Notes: generated by a model not told the origin, from the sequence alone. Counted from the stretch's first letter, positions 8,479 to 16,250 are shown. The stretch: DNA of 20,000 nt from an uncultured virus (IMG/VR IMGVR_UViG_3300023110_000026) (IMGVR_UViG_3300023110_000026); one strand, 5' to 3'. Numbers and translations are program-made.

Positions 8479-11400
8479 CTATCCATATATTAATGCGTTT
8501 AAGAATGATAGTTCTTCCGCTTCTTGGAATGTAATACCACCCTGTTGTCCAACAACAGATGCCCATACACTACCATCCCACACTTCTAATCTACTCTGCT
8601 GAGTGTTATATCTTGTTAAACCTACAGCAAGATTAGACACTGGTCTATTGTTGTTATCACCTACTGGAAACTTAAGACCATATGTTCCATTAAAATCCAC
8701 ATATCCTTCGTCTGTTCCAGCAAAGTTAATCTGTGAATCACTTACTACATTAGTTATCGTATTTGTGCCCTGATCCCACTCTACATCTCCAATTACTACT
8801 TTACCTGTACCGTTTGGAGCAATAGTTAAATCTGCATCTGTAGCCTCTGTACTAAGTGTATTAACGTGAATTGTGTCAGTATTAAAACGTGTTGCATTTA
8901 AATCTGCTGTTAGTCCTGCCGCGCCATTATAAAATCTAAATGTATCGTCGTCATTACCTTGTGTTAATTCTGCTGTGATATAAGTGTCTAAGTCTTGGTC
9001 AACAACACCACTTACACTACCACCAACTGCATTCCAAAATCCGTCTGCATATAATTCAAATACGTTTGAACTTGTGTTATATCTAAACATACCATTAACA
9101 GGTGTGCCCGGTCTTTGAGCAGTTGTACCTGCAGGAAGTTTAATAGCATCATCACTGTTAAAGTCTACATATCCGTCGCCGTGTGCAAAAATTTCTAAAT
9201 TAGTATCGTTTCTAAATGTTTGTACAGAGTTGTTAATTAATTTAACTTCGTCTGAAATAAATGATGTTGTTTGTAAACCATCACTATCGATATAAGCAAT
9301 AGTTGTTCCTGCAACATCAAAAGTAATAACATCATTGTCTGCACCAAGTGTAGTTTCAACGTTTACTTTAGTATCACCATCTTGGTCACGGATTTCATTA
9401 AATCCGCCATTAATCACTAAGTTTCCGTCAATTACAACATCTGATGATCCATCTGGATTAATTGTTAAGTCACCGCTTGTAGTAATGATTTGATTACCAC
9501 TAATTCTAATATTTCCTGTTTCAACTCTGCTAGGATCTACAATAGTTGTATTTCCACCGTCAGTAAATGTTAAACCAGATAATGAACTAATATCAAAACT
9601 TTCTGCTTCAAATGTGACGTTTCCTGTTTCTTGGTCAACAGTAAATGCATTACCAACTCTAAAGTCACCGCTTTGGTCAATTGAACTGAATAATACTTTA
9701 CCGTTGTTTGTTTCAGTAATTTCGTTTGCTTGAATTACTCTAGAAACATCATTTTCTAAATTCTTTCCAACGCCTACGTATCCAAAGTTATGATTGATCA
9801 ATCTTAGGAGAACACCGTCGCCGTCTGCAATAACACCTTGATTTCCGTAAACGTTTGCACTACCAATTGCTCTTAGTTCAGCACCAAATTGTTTAAGATC
9901 AATAAATTCAATGCCTGTTGCACTACCACCACTTGAAGAAGAAATATCAACTTGAACTGCTACATCTTCTGTGACTGTTGTACTAGCATTTGCACCATTA
10001 AAGTGTGTTAAAAATACTGTTGTGCTATCTCCAACAAACTCTGCTGTTGGTGTTGAAAAACCTGACAAATATCTTGGTAAACCTTTAGTGACTCTTAGTT
10101 CGTCTACATATCCTGTAAACAAGTTTGTGTTATTATAGTCGCCACCAATACCAAACATTCTTGCTGTACCATAGTTGTTTGTATCACTATATGTTGATCC
10201 GTCTTGATTTCCGTTAACAAACAATTTTGTTCCATCGTTTGATCTAGAAACAGCAATATGGTACCAAGTGTTTGTTAGTAGTACATCTGTTCCAGTAATA
10301 ACATCACTACCAGCAACAGCAACTCTTACATTAGCACCGTTAGTATAAACACTAATTGCATTATCACTTGCTTCTGTTCTCATATCAAACAAGTATTGTG
10401 TTCCTGTGACTCCGTCAAATCTAAAGAAGCCTTCAACTGTAAAGTTTCCTTCTCCAAATCCAAAATCATTTGAACTAGGCACACTTGCATAATCACCTGT
10501 GCCATCTAGGTATAAACTTGCTGTACCAAACTTTTTCTGTGTAGTACTTAAAGAACTATTTCCTGTTAGGTTAATAGTTTTACTTTTTCTATCAGTTGTT
10601 GTAGACCAACCTGAAACTTTACCATCAAATGTTAATCTTAATCTGCCGTCAACTGTTTCTTTTGATTCAATAGTACCTTGTGCTAGTACTGTTGATCCGT
10701 CTTCTGATGTTAAAGTGACTGTGTCGGTGACATTAAACGTTCCTGTGTATCCCGATAAATCAACAATAGTTTTTCCGTCGCCGCCTCTACCAGCACTACC
10801 TGATTCGCCAACAATGCCTTTGTCAGCAAAATAAACAAAACTGTTTAACCACTCACATCTTGCACCATTAGTCATATACAAACCAACGGAATTTGGTACA
10901 AAGAAAGTAGTATCATTAAACAACATTGCCGCTTCAATTGAACTTGCAGAAACTAAACTACCATCAATTTTTGCACCACGTCCTGCATCTCCACTATCAA
11001 AACCATAAGGATCACTAGCACTAGTTGTAGTACCTTTGTTTAATACTGTACAGTTTATTATATATGGTGATTGCAATGGAACACTTAATGATCCAGCAGG
11101 ATCAAAACTAAAAGCATAACCTGTGTCGTTTGACGAGTTATACTTCATATTTTTAATTGCTAAATGTTGAATAGTTGTAGCACTGTTTAAGTGAAAACAA
11201 TCTAAATCTTCTGTTGCAACAGTTGGACTAACAACAGTTGCACGTAAGCCTGCGCCGTCTACTGTGACTCCTGCTGGTACTACTAGTGGAAATTCTTCTG
11301 TATAAATTCCTGCAGAAACTTTAATAATATCACCTGAACTTGCTTGACTCAAAGCGTGTTTGATTGTTGCAAATGCACTGTCAATACTAGTGCCTTCTTC

Positions 11401-12165
11401 TGCGTCGTCACCGTTTTGTGTCACAAATAATGTCTGACCTTCTTCATTTAAAAGCAAGTTTTCAATTCTTACTTTACCTGTTCCGTTAGCACGAATAGTT
11501 AAATCTGCATTACTGTCAATAGTTTCAATTGTTGAATCTGTAATTTGAATATTATCAATATTTGCTTGTCTAGAGTTTAGTGTTTTCCAACGTTTGCTAG
11601 GAGTACCTAGTGTGTAAATTTGATCAGCATCTGGAATAATATTTGAAACAACATCTGCTTTAAAATTAACAGTGTCTGTGTCAGCATCACCTAAATTAAT
11701 ATTTCCGCCAGCAGTAATATTGCCAGTTGCATATAAGTTTCCTGTGACGTTTGTGTTTCCTAATAGTTCAATAGTACCTGTTCCATTAGGAGCAAGTTCG
11801 ATAGGAGCATTACTATCAATTGTACTGATAGTGTTGTCATTCATTTCTAATGAATCAACTTGAATTCTTGAATGGTAAATTACAGGATCACCACCTGAAG
11901 GTGTAAGTTCAATAGTACCTAGTGTACTACTAATTGTGTTTCCTTGAAAAGTTAAATTACCTGTTGTTGCTGAATTTGTTGCAATCCAGTCTGTGACTTG
12001 TACTGTACCGTTTACATCTAGTTCATAGGAAGGATTGGTCTTTTTGATACCAATGCGACCATTGTTAACATCCAAATATAATAAATCCGTTTCAAACGCC
12101 AAGTCCACACCATTACGGAGCAGATTTGCCTTTAACAACGGACCCGAAATACGACCGACGGCCAT
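8479..12165 (-). CDS. Fibre-like virion protein (1228 aa) with beta-helix, inserted LamG/concanavalin-A-like domain and fibre shaft repeats
   Basis: KFGTASLYLDGTGDY...FTVEGFF...WYHIAVSR...LFVNG...FTGYVDELRVTKG (LamG-like); LFVTQNGDD...AFATIKHAL (beta-helix start); repeated I-x-T-x-x-x-(N/D)-x-(D/P)-L-x-I-x-(P/A)NGTG; SD AGGAG. Confidence 0.8.
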   Translation of the reverse strand: MAVGRISGPLLKANLLRNGVDLAFETDLLYLDVNNGRIGIKKTNPSYELDVNGTVQVTDWIATNSATTGNLTFQGNTISSTLGTIELTPSGGDPVIYHSRIQVDSLEMNDNTISTIDSNAPIELAPNGTGTIELLGNTNVTGNLYATGNITAGGNINLGDADTDTVNFKADVVSNIIPDADQIYTLGTPSKRWKTLNSRQANIDNIQITDSTIETIDSNADLTIRANGTGKVRIENLLLNEEGQTLFVTQNGDDAEEGTSIDSAFATIKHALSQASSGDIIKVSAGIYTEEFPLVVPAGVTVDGAGLRATVVSPTVATEDLDCFHLNSATTIQHLAIKNMKYNSSNDTGYAFSFDPAGSLSVPLQSPYIINCTVLNKGTTTSASDPYGFDSGDAGRGAKIDGSLVSASSIEAAMLFNDTTFFVPNSVGLYMTNGARCEWLNSFVYFADKGIVGESGSAGRGGDGKTIVDLSGYTGTFNVTDTVTLTSEDGSTVLAQGTIESKETVDGRLRLTFDGKVSGWSTTTDRKSKTINLTGNSSLSTTQKKFGTASLYLDGTGDYASVPSSNDFGFGEGNFTVEGFFRFDGVTGTQYLFDMRTEASDNAISVYTNGANVRVAVAGSDVITGTDVLLTNTWYHIAVSRSNDGTKLFVNGNQDGSTYSDTNNYGTARMFGIGGDYNNTNLFTGYVDELRVTKGLPRYLSGFSTPTAEFVGDSTTVFLTHFNGANASTTVTEDVAVQVDISSSSGGSATGIEFIDLKQFGAELRAIGSANVYGNQGVIADGDGVLLRLINHNFGYVGVGKNLENDVSRVIQANEITETNNGKVLFSSIDQSGDFRVGNAFTVDQETGNVTFEAESFDISSLSGLTFTDGGNTTIVDPSRVETGNIRISGNQIITTSGDLTINPDGSSDVVIDGNLVINGGFNEIRDQDGDTKVNVETTLGADNDVITFDVAGTTIAYIDSDGLQTTSFISDEVKLINNSVQTFRNDTNLEIFAHGDGYVDFNSDDAIKLPAGTTAQRPGTPVNGMFRYNTSSNVFELYADGFWNAVGGSVSGVVDQDLDTYITAELTQGNDDDTFRFYNGAAGLTADLNATRFNTDTIHVNTLSTEATDADLTIAPNGTGKVVIGDVEWDQGTNTITNVVSDSQINFAGTDEGYVDFNGTYGLKFPVGDNNNRPVSNLAVGLTRYNTQQSRLEVWDGSVWASVVGQQGGITFQEAEELSFLNALIYG

Positions 12166-12178
12166 TGTGTTCTCCTAT

Positions 12179-12262
12179 AAACCGGGCATCCTGTGCCTCT
12201 AACCACCTTACATAGCGGGTTAACCACTGTTTGTCCTGCAAACCTAAACGGTCAAGTTTGCA
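12179..12262 (-). ncRNA. Putative structured 5' leader RNA of the 1228-aa gene
   Basis: Minus-strand hairpins TGCAAAC(TTGA)/(TTAG)GTTTGCA, TAACC/GGTTA and GGCA-CAGGA-TGCC, with possible closing helix AAACAG/CGGTTT. Lies between a TAAATA box and the SD. Confidence 0.5.
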
Positions 12263-12269
12263 TTAATAG

Positions 12270-12277
12270 TATTTAGT
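12270..12277 (-). promoter_or_regulatory. T4-type late promoter -10 box (ACTAAATA)
   Basis: GACTAAATA occurs identically here, at 14118-14126 and at 14732-14740, each upstream of a structural gene. Confidence 0.7.
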
Positions 12278-12311
12278 CTTTATTGGAAAAACCGTAAGTA
12301 TGTAGTTAAAA

Positions 12312-12800
12312 TTAACCTACGATACTACCGTCGAAGCCGTGTATAACGGTGACGTCTTTACCTAAAGGAACAGGAGAATCAAACTTAATATATTTGTTGC
12401 CGTTAACATCAACAGTCATAGTATAGTTTACACCTGCAATTTGCACAACGTTTTCAACAAGTACAAGTACATTCTCAGCCGCGGCTGGTGATGGACTTAG
12501 TACACCAAATTGTGTTTCAGAGGCATCGCCAGTTCCTAAGTTTTGAACTTGAATGTTTCCTGGACGATCAGATCTAATTGTTTCCCAAGCATTATTAATA
12601 TATGCTTCAATCTCATTAATTTGACTATTATAACGAATTGTTCCGTTAACAGGTGCGCCACTACGTTGGCTAGTATCACCAGTACCAAGTTGTAAACCAC
12701 CAACAGCACCTTGGAAACTTACAGAGCCGTCAATGTCAACAAACACTGATTTGTCAACTATCATTTTTCTGTTAATCTGTTGTTGTTTTACAAAACGCAT
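12312..12800 (-). CDS. Virion structural protein (162 aa) with a fibre-type G-x-T-x-QR...G-x-x-RYN motif
   Basis: LQLGTGDTSQRSGAPVNGTIRYNSQINEIEAY matches two segments of the 1228-aa protein; C-terminal VLVLVENVVQIAGVNY...F.SP.P.G module; starts 4 nt after the upstream stop. Confidence 0.75.
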   Translation of the reverse strand: MRFVKQQQINRKMIVDKSVFVDIDGSVSFQGAVGGLQLGTGDTSQRSGAPVNGTIRYNSQINEIEAYINNAWETIRSDRPGNIQVQNLGTGDASETQFGVLSPSPAAAENVLVLVENVVQIAGVNYTMTVDVNGNKYIKFDSPVPLGKDVTVIHGFDGSIVG

Positions 12801-12804
12801 ATTA

Positions 12805-13149
12805 TTACACCGCTATTGTTGAAATAGTGACTGAAATAGTTGCTGGAGATGTTGTTTGACAAATGATTTTGTCACCCGACTCCATTACAAACTTTTCAGT
12901 ATCCATGATAAAAGTTTCACCTGCTGGAACTTTTAACTGATGTAAAATTTTGTTAACATCAGTTGCACTTTGTCCTGATTGTACAACGTGTACGTCAAGA
13001 TATGTGTCAGCATCAGTTAGAATATTATCACCTGGAATGTTATCTGCATCAGCATAATTACAGAAAATCATACTAGTAATAGCATTTTCACCTGTAGATG
13101 TGTATACTGTTGTTAATGTTGCATCTATAAAACTATTCGTTATTGCCAT
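12805..13149 (-). CDS. Small beta-rich virion protein (114 aa), paralog of 8140..8469
   Basis: SMIFCN...LKVPAGETFIMDTEKFVMESGD...VTIS; SD AGGA; starts 9 nt after the 309-aa gene. Confidence 0.8.
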   Translation of the reverse strand: MAITNSFIDATLTTVYTSTGENAITSMIFCNYADADNIPGDNILTDADTYLDVHVVQSGQSATDVNKILHQLKVPAGETFIMDTEKFVMESGDKIICQTTSPATISVTISTIAV

Positions 13150-13158
13150 ATCTTTATC

Positions 13159-14088
13159 CTAAAATATCATGCTCATTAGCATGGCTTTTCGTTTACTTGT
13201 CACCTCTCCACTAGTACTGTTATTTACAAAAAATAGGCCAGTTCCACCGAATCCTTCTGAATCAACATAGACTTTTAAACGCCCTGCAACACCAGTAGGA
13301 GTAGCACTTGCAGTAGGTAATGTTAACACCTCGTCAACAACTACATTTCCGCTACCGTTTGACTGTAAAACTAAATCTTCGTTAGTATTAGTAGGTCTAA
13401 TAGTTGTACCATCAAACTCTAAATCACCAAATGTCATGATATCACGTCTAATGTCTACTCTTGTGACATTATCAATTTTACCTAACAGTCTAGATACAGC
13501 ATCGCCTTCTTGTATGTCTTCTGCTTTAAAGATTGTGTTATCTGCTTGAATTTGTGGAATATTAATAGTTTGGAAAGCGTTATTAACATATCTTACGTTT
13601 GGAATATCGTCATCAGTTAAGCCTGTTTCATAATTAGTAGTACCTCTAACACTTAGTTTTGCGTTAGGAGCATTTGTGCCTAAGAAAACAATATCGTCGC
13701 CTGTTGTACTAATATGATTAGTTCTAATTGCGGCTAATCCTGAACCAACTTTAAACGTAAAAATACCTTCGCCAGTACCACCGTTTGGTCTAGTATAACT
13801 TAGTGTATCATCCCAAAGAATAGTTGCGTTATCAGCAGTTCCTCTTTCAATATCAATACCGCTTTGTCCAAGTGAAACACCATTTCCTGTTTCATTTTTG
13901 TTTAACGTAATGATAGCATCTTCAATTGCAAGTTCTTCAGTATCTACACTAGTTGTAGTACCTTCAACAATAAGATTACCTGTGACTCTTGTAGTACCTT
14001 TTCTATTGCCCGTATTGAGGGTGATTTCTCCCGCACTTACGGTAGTAATTTTGTAGTCACCAGTGAGTTTTAAAACATCAGTTGCCAT
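13159..14088 (-). CDS. Fibre-like virion protein (309 aa)
   Basis: VTGNLIVEGTTTSVDTEELAIEDAIITLN...GIDIERG segment typical of phage fibre shafts; IRPTNTNEDLVLQSNGSGNV repeat shared with the 1228-aa protein; short hydrophobic C-terminal helix. Confidence 0.75.
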   Translation of the reverse strand: MATDVLKLTGDYKITTVSAGEITLNTGNRKGTTRVTGNLIVEGTTTSVDTEELAIEDAIITLNKNETGNGVSLGQSGIDIERGTADNATILWDDTLSYTRPNGGTGEGIFTFKVGSGLAAIRTNHISTTGDDIVFLGTNAPNAKLSVRGTTNYETGLTDDDIPNVRYVNNAFQTINIPQIQADNTIFKAEDIQEGDAVSRLLGKIDNVTRVDIRRDIMTFGDLEFDGTTIRPTNTNEDLVLQSNGSGNVVVDEVLTLPTASATPTGVAGRLKVYVDSEGFGGTGLFFVNNSTSGEVTSKRKAMLMSMIF

Positions 14089-14117
14089 TCTATTAGAATC
14101 CTATACAAGTATAGTGT

Positions 14118-14125
14118 TATTTAGT
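14118..14125 (-). promoter_or_regulatory. T4-type late promoter -10 box (ACTAAATA)
   Basis: Same motif as 12270 and 14732. Lies directly downstream of a terminator and upstream of the 309-aa gene. Confidence 0.7.
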
Positions 14126-14126
14126 C

Positions 14127-14160
14127 AAGAGAAAAGGGCAAAGCGAATTTGCCCTCTCTC
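14127..14160 (-). terminator. Intrinsic terminator after the 148-aa gene
   Basis: Minus strand AGGGCAAA-TTCGC-TTTGCCCT followed by TTTCTCTT. Confidence 0.75.
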
Positions 14161-14182
14161 CAAGTTTTGGTAAAAACTACGA

Positions 14183-14629
14183 TTATGCGTTAGTAAAATC
14201 GTCGTCATCAACACCAGCCGCGTCATCGTCACCAGCCTCTTCAACTTGTGCCGCGCCATCTACTAGTGATGTGCTAAAGTTCCATGGCACTGACTTACCA
14301 TCATATGCGTTAGAACCTGTACCGTCTGGAGCAACTAGTGTTGCTTTACGACCTGAAATTTTAGAAACTTGATAAGTTTCAGAATCGTCCATTTTAAACG
14401 TGATACCCATTTCACCAGCCGCTAGTGCTGACATTAGTTTACCAGTTGTTAATGTACAAGTGTATTCAGTGTCTGAAGCACCAATTTCTGCTACTACAAA
14501 CTTTTTGCTACCTTTTTGTTTTACAATATGTCCTTCAACTACACTAGTGCCGTTGTGAAAATCAACTTTGATTTCATTTCCGCCCGCAGTAGGTTCGCCG
14601 AAGTATCTTTTATTAAGTGGTCTACCCAT
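14183..14629 (-). CDS. Hypothetical protein (148 aa, MGRPLNKRYFG...), possibly an abundant virion/decoration protein
   Basis: Strong SD AAGGAG, own late promoter, structured leader and terminator (monocistronic unit); acidic C-terminal tail. The function is inferred from position only. Confidence 0.75.
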   Translation of the reverse strand: MGRPLNKRYFGEPTAGGNEIKVDFHNGTSVVEGHIVKQKGSKKFVVAEIGASDTEYTCTLTTGKLMSALAAGEMGITFKMDDSETYQVSKISGRKATLVAPDGTGSNAYDGKSVPWNFSTSLVDGAAQVEEAGDDDAAGVDDDDFTNA

Positions 14630-14649
14630 TTGTTTTCTCCTTTTTAGAA

Positions 14650-14727
14650 GTCCGATCCGGGTTCTATCCGGTACGCAGTGGGTTTAATACTGCATAAGTC
14701 CATTACTTCAAATGGAACATATCTGAC
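14650..14727 (-). ncRNA. Putative 78-nt four-way-junction (cloverleaf-like) RNA in the 5' leader of the 148-aa gene
   Basis: Minus strand GTCAGAT/ATCGGAC closing stem enclosing TCCATT/AATGGA, TATGCAGT/ACTGCGTA (one U-G pair, favouring the minus strand) and CCGG/CCGG arms. Confidence 0.6.
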
Positions 14728-14731
14728 AATG

Positions 14732-14739
14732 TATTTAGT
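14732..14739 (-). promoter_or_regulatory. T4-type late promoter -10 box (ACTAAATA) overlapping the stop codon of the 91-aa gene
   Basis: GACTAAATAC, identical over 10 nt to 12269-12278. Confidence 0.7.
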
Positions 14740-15010
14740 CAACCCTGCTAAACAGGTGTAATAAGTGTGTTTGTGAGAACAATTTTATTGCATCGTTTAT
14801 TTCACGTGCTTTTTCTTTGTGTTTAAGTTGTAAACTGTCTGTTGGTCTTCTACGGATTTCTATTTCTATATCAGATAGTTTTCTAACTTCTCTTCCTATG
14901 CTTGAACAAAACTTAATAACATTAAATTTAAACTCAGGAGCAGTCTTAGTTAACTCTCTAAGTTCTTGTTCAATGTCTTTCCAGTCTAATGAAATTTCTA
15001 ATTCTTTCAT
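14735..15010 (-). CDS. Hypothetical helical protein (91 aa), probably leaderless
   Basis: Fills the gap between the gp23 terminator and the next promoter; TAAATA 5 nt before ATG; no SD. Confidence 0.7.
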   Translation of the reverse strand: MKELEISLDWKDIEQELRELTKTAPEFKFNVIKFCSSIGREVRKLSDIEIEIRRRPTDSLQLKHKEKAREINDAIKLFSQTHLLHLFSRVD

Positions 15011-15015
15011 AACTG

Positions 15016-15023
15016 TATTTAAG
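15016..15023 (-). promoter_or_regulatory. Late promoter -10 box (CTTAAATA), 5 nt upstream of ATG
   Basis: Minus strand CTTAAATA-CAGTT-ATG. Confidence 0.65.
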
Positions 15024-15027
15024 TCGT

Positions 15028-15057
15028 AAAAAAAGGGCGACCTAAGCCGCCCTTTTT
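15028..15057 (-). terminator. Intrinsic terminator after the major capsid gene (potentially bidirectional)
   Basis: Minus strand AAAAAGGGCGGC-TTAG-GTCGCCC followed by a T-run of 7. Confidence 0.9.
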
Positions 15058-15077
15058 AATTCCTCTAATACTAGATA

Positions 15078-16250
15078 TTAAGAGAATGATACGTTGGCAG
15101 AAGTAATTTGTACTTTACCAAGGTAGTCAGCCGCATTACCTAGTGAAGATGCAGTGTTTGTCAACTCTACATAACCATATCTAGTCATAAATGACACAAC
15201 TGGTTCGAAAGTTGATGGATCTAAAACAACACCTGAAGACATTAGCGGAATGTATGGGCAGTAGAATGCCGCCGCATCTGCTTCTGATGAACCTTTATAT
15301 CCAACAAGCACTTGGTTAGCATCTTGACCTGAATCAGCCAAGTAAGCGTCAACGTAAACTCTCATAGAGTTATTTAAAGTACCAACATACTTAGTGTTTG
15401 TTGGGCCTTCAAAAGTACCTTCAGTTGTTCTTGCGAACGCAGAAGTTGTAGCAGACTGTAGGATTGTCAATGCTTGGTTTGAAACCACTGCAAAGTTTCC
15501 TGCGCCTCTACGTGTACGTTGAGCAATTTTGTTAGCAACTCTGTTAATTTGAACTGCTAAAGCCGCGTGTTCGTCACCAACGAAAGTTGCAGTACCACTT
15601 ACGCCTGCTTGGTCGTAAGTTTCTTCAACTGATGCTAATGAACGAAGTGATTGGATGATCTCTTGATCGATTTCAGCAGTAATTTCTTGTGCTAAAGCCG
15701 CCATGATTTCAGCCTCTACGTCGATGCCTTGCTGTGCTTGAGCATCTTGAGCCGCTTCAAATGTCCAACGAGCAGATAGTTTACGAGTTTTCGCTTCTAC
15801 TGCTTGTTTTAAGATTTGAATGCTTAACTTTTTACCTGCAGAACCTTCTAATGTTGCAGTCGCATCTGCCGCATTAGTAGTTGCATTACCTGAATAACCT
15901 TCAGCAATTTTAAATGGTGAAAGTGCTTCTTCGCCTGCTGTTGCAGAATCGAAAGTTTCAGCATAACGTACTCTTAGTGTGTGGATCTGTGCTACAGGTC
16001 CAGTCATTGGTTGTACACCAACAATCTCGTTAGCGATTGTAGTTGGCATAACACGTCTAATTACTGGAAGGATAACTCTGTTTAGAGTTGCTACGTTCCC
16101 TGCGGAAGTTGCCCCAGCGGTTGCCGCCTCAGCGAGATACTTGCGAGTGTTCTCGAGAGTGACATCCATAACACCTTTTTTAGAACCTTGAAGGCCTTCT
16201 AAAAGTGCTTCTTTGGTTTCCTGCCAGTTGTTGTTGATATTTTCTGACAT
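15078..16250 (-). CDS. gp23: Major capsid protein, T4 gp23 family (short, 390 aa)
   Basis: Hallmark motifs IRRVMP...IVGVQPMTGP, VEAKTRKLSARWTFEAAQD, EITAEIDQEI, TRRGAGNF, VGYKG...DAAAFYCPYIPL, DPSTFEPVVSFMTRYG; follows protease and scaffold genes; SD AAGGAG. Confidence 0.97.
   Translation of the reverse strand: MSENINNNWQETKEALLEGLQGSKKGVMDVTLENTRKYLAEAATAGATSAGNVATLNRVILPVIRRVMPTTIANEIVGVQPMTGPVAQIHTLRVRYAETFDSATAGEEALSPFKIAEGYSGNATTNAADATATLEGSAGKKLSIQILKQAVEAKTRKLSARWTFEAAQDAQAQQGIDVEAEIMAALAQEITAEIDQEIIQSLRSLASVEETYDQAGVSGTATFVGDEHAALAVQINRVANKIAQRTRRGAGNFAVVSNQALTILQSATTSAFARTTEGTFEGPTNTKYVGTLNNSMRVYVDAYLADSGQDANQVLVGYKGSSEADAAAFYCPYIPLMSSGVVLDPSTFEPVVSFMTRYGYVELTNTASSLGNAADYLGKVQITSANVSFS

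Noticed and set aside
12179..12262. c-di-GMP-I riboswitch (GCAAAC near the 5' end)
   Set aside because: No GNRA tetraloop/receptor arrangement or GACGCAAAGC-like junction, and GCAAAC is fully paired in a simple hairpin.
14086..14114. Two tiny hairpins (CTATA/TATAG and ATTCT/AGAAT) in the leader of the 309-aa gene
   Set aside because: Short and AT-rich, with marginal stability; could easily arise by chance.
14650..14727. Canonical tRNA gene (plus-strand GGGTTCTATCC resembles a T-loop)
   Set aside because: On the plus strand the T-like arm comes first rather than last. On the minus strand there is no TTCRA, no D-loop GG, no 7-nt anticodon loop and no CCA. Kept only as a tRNA-like structured RNA.
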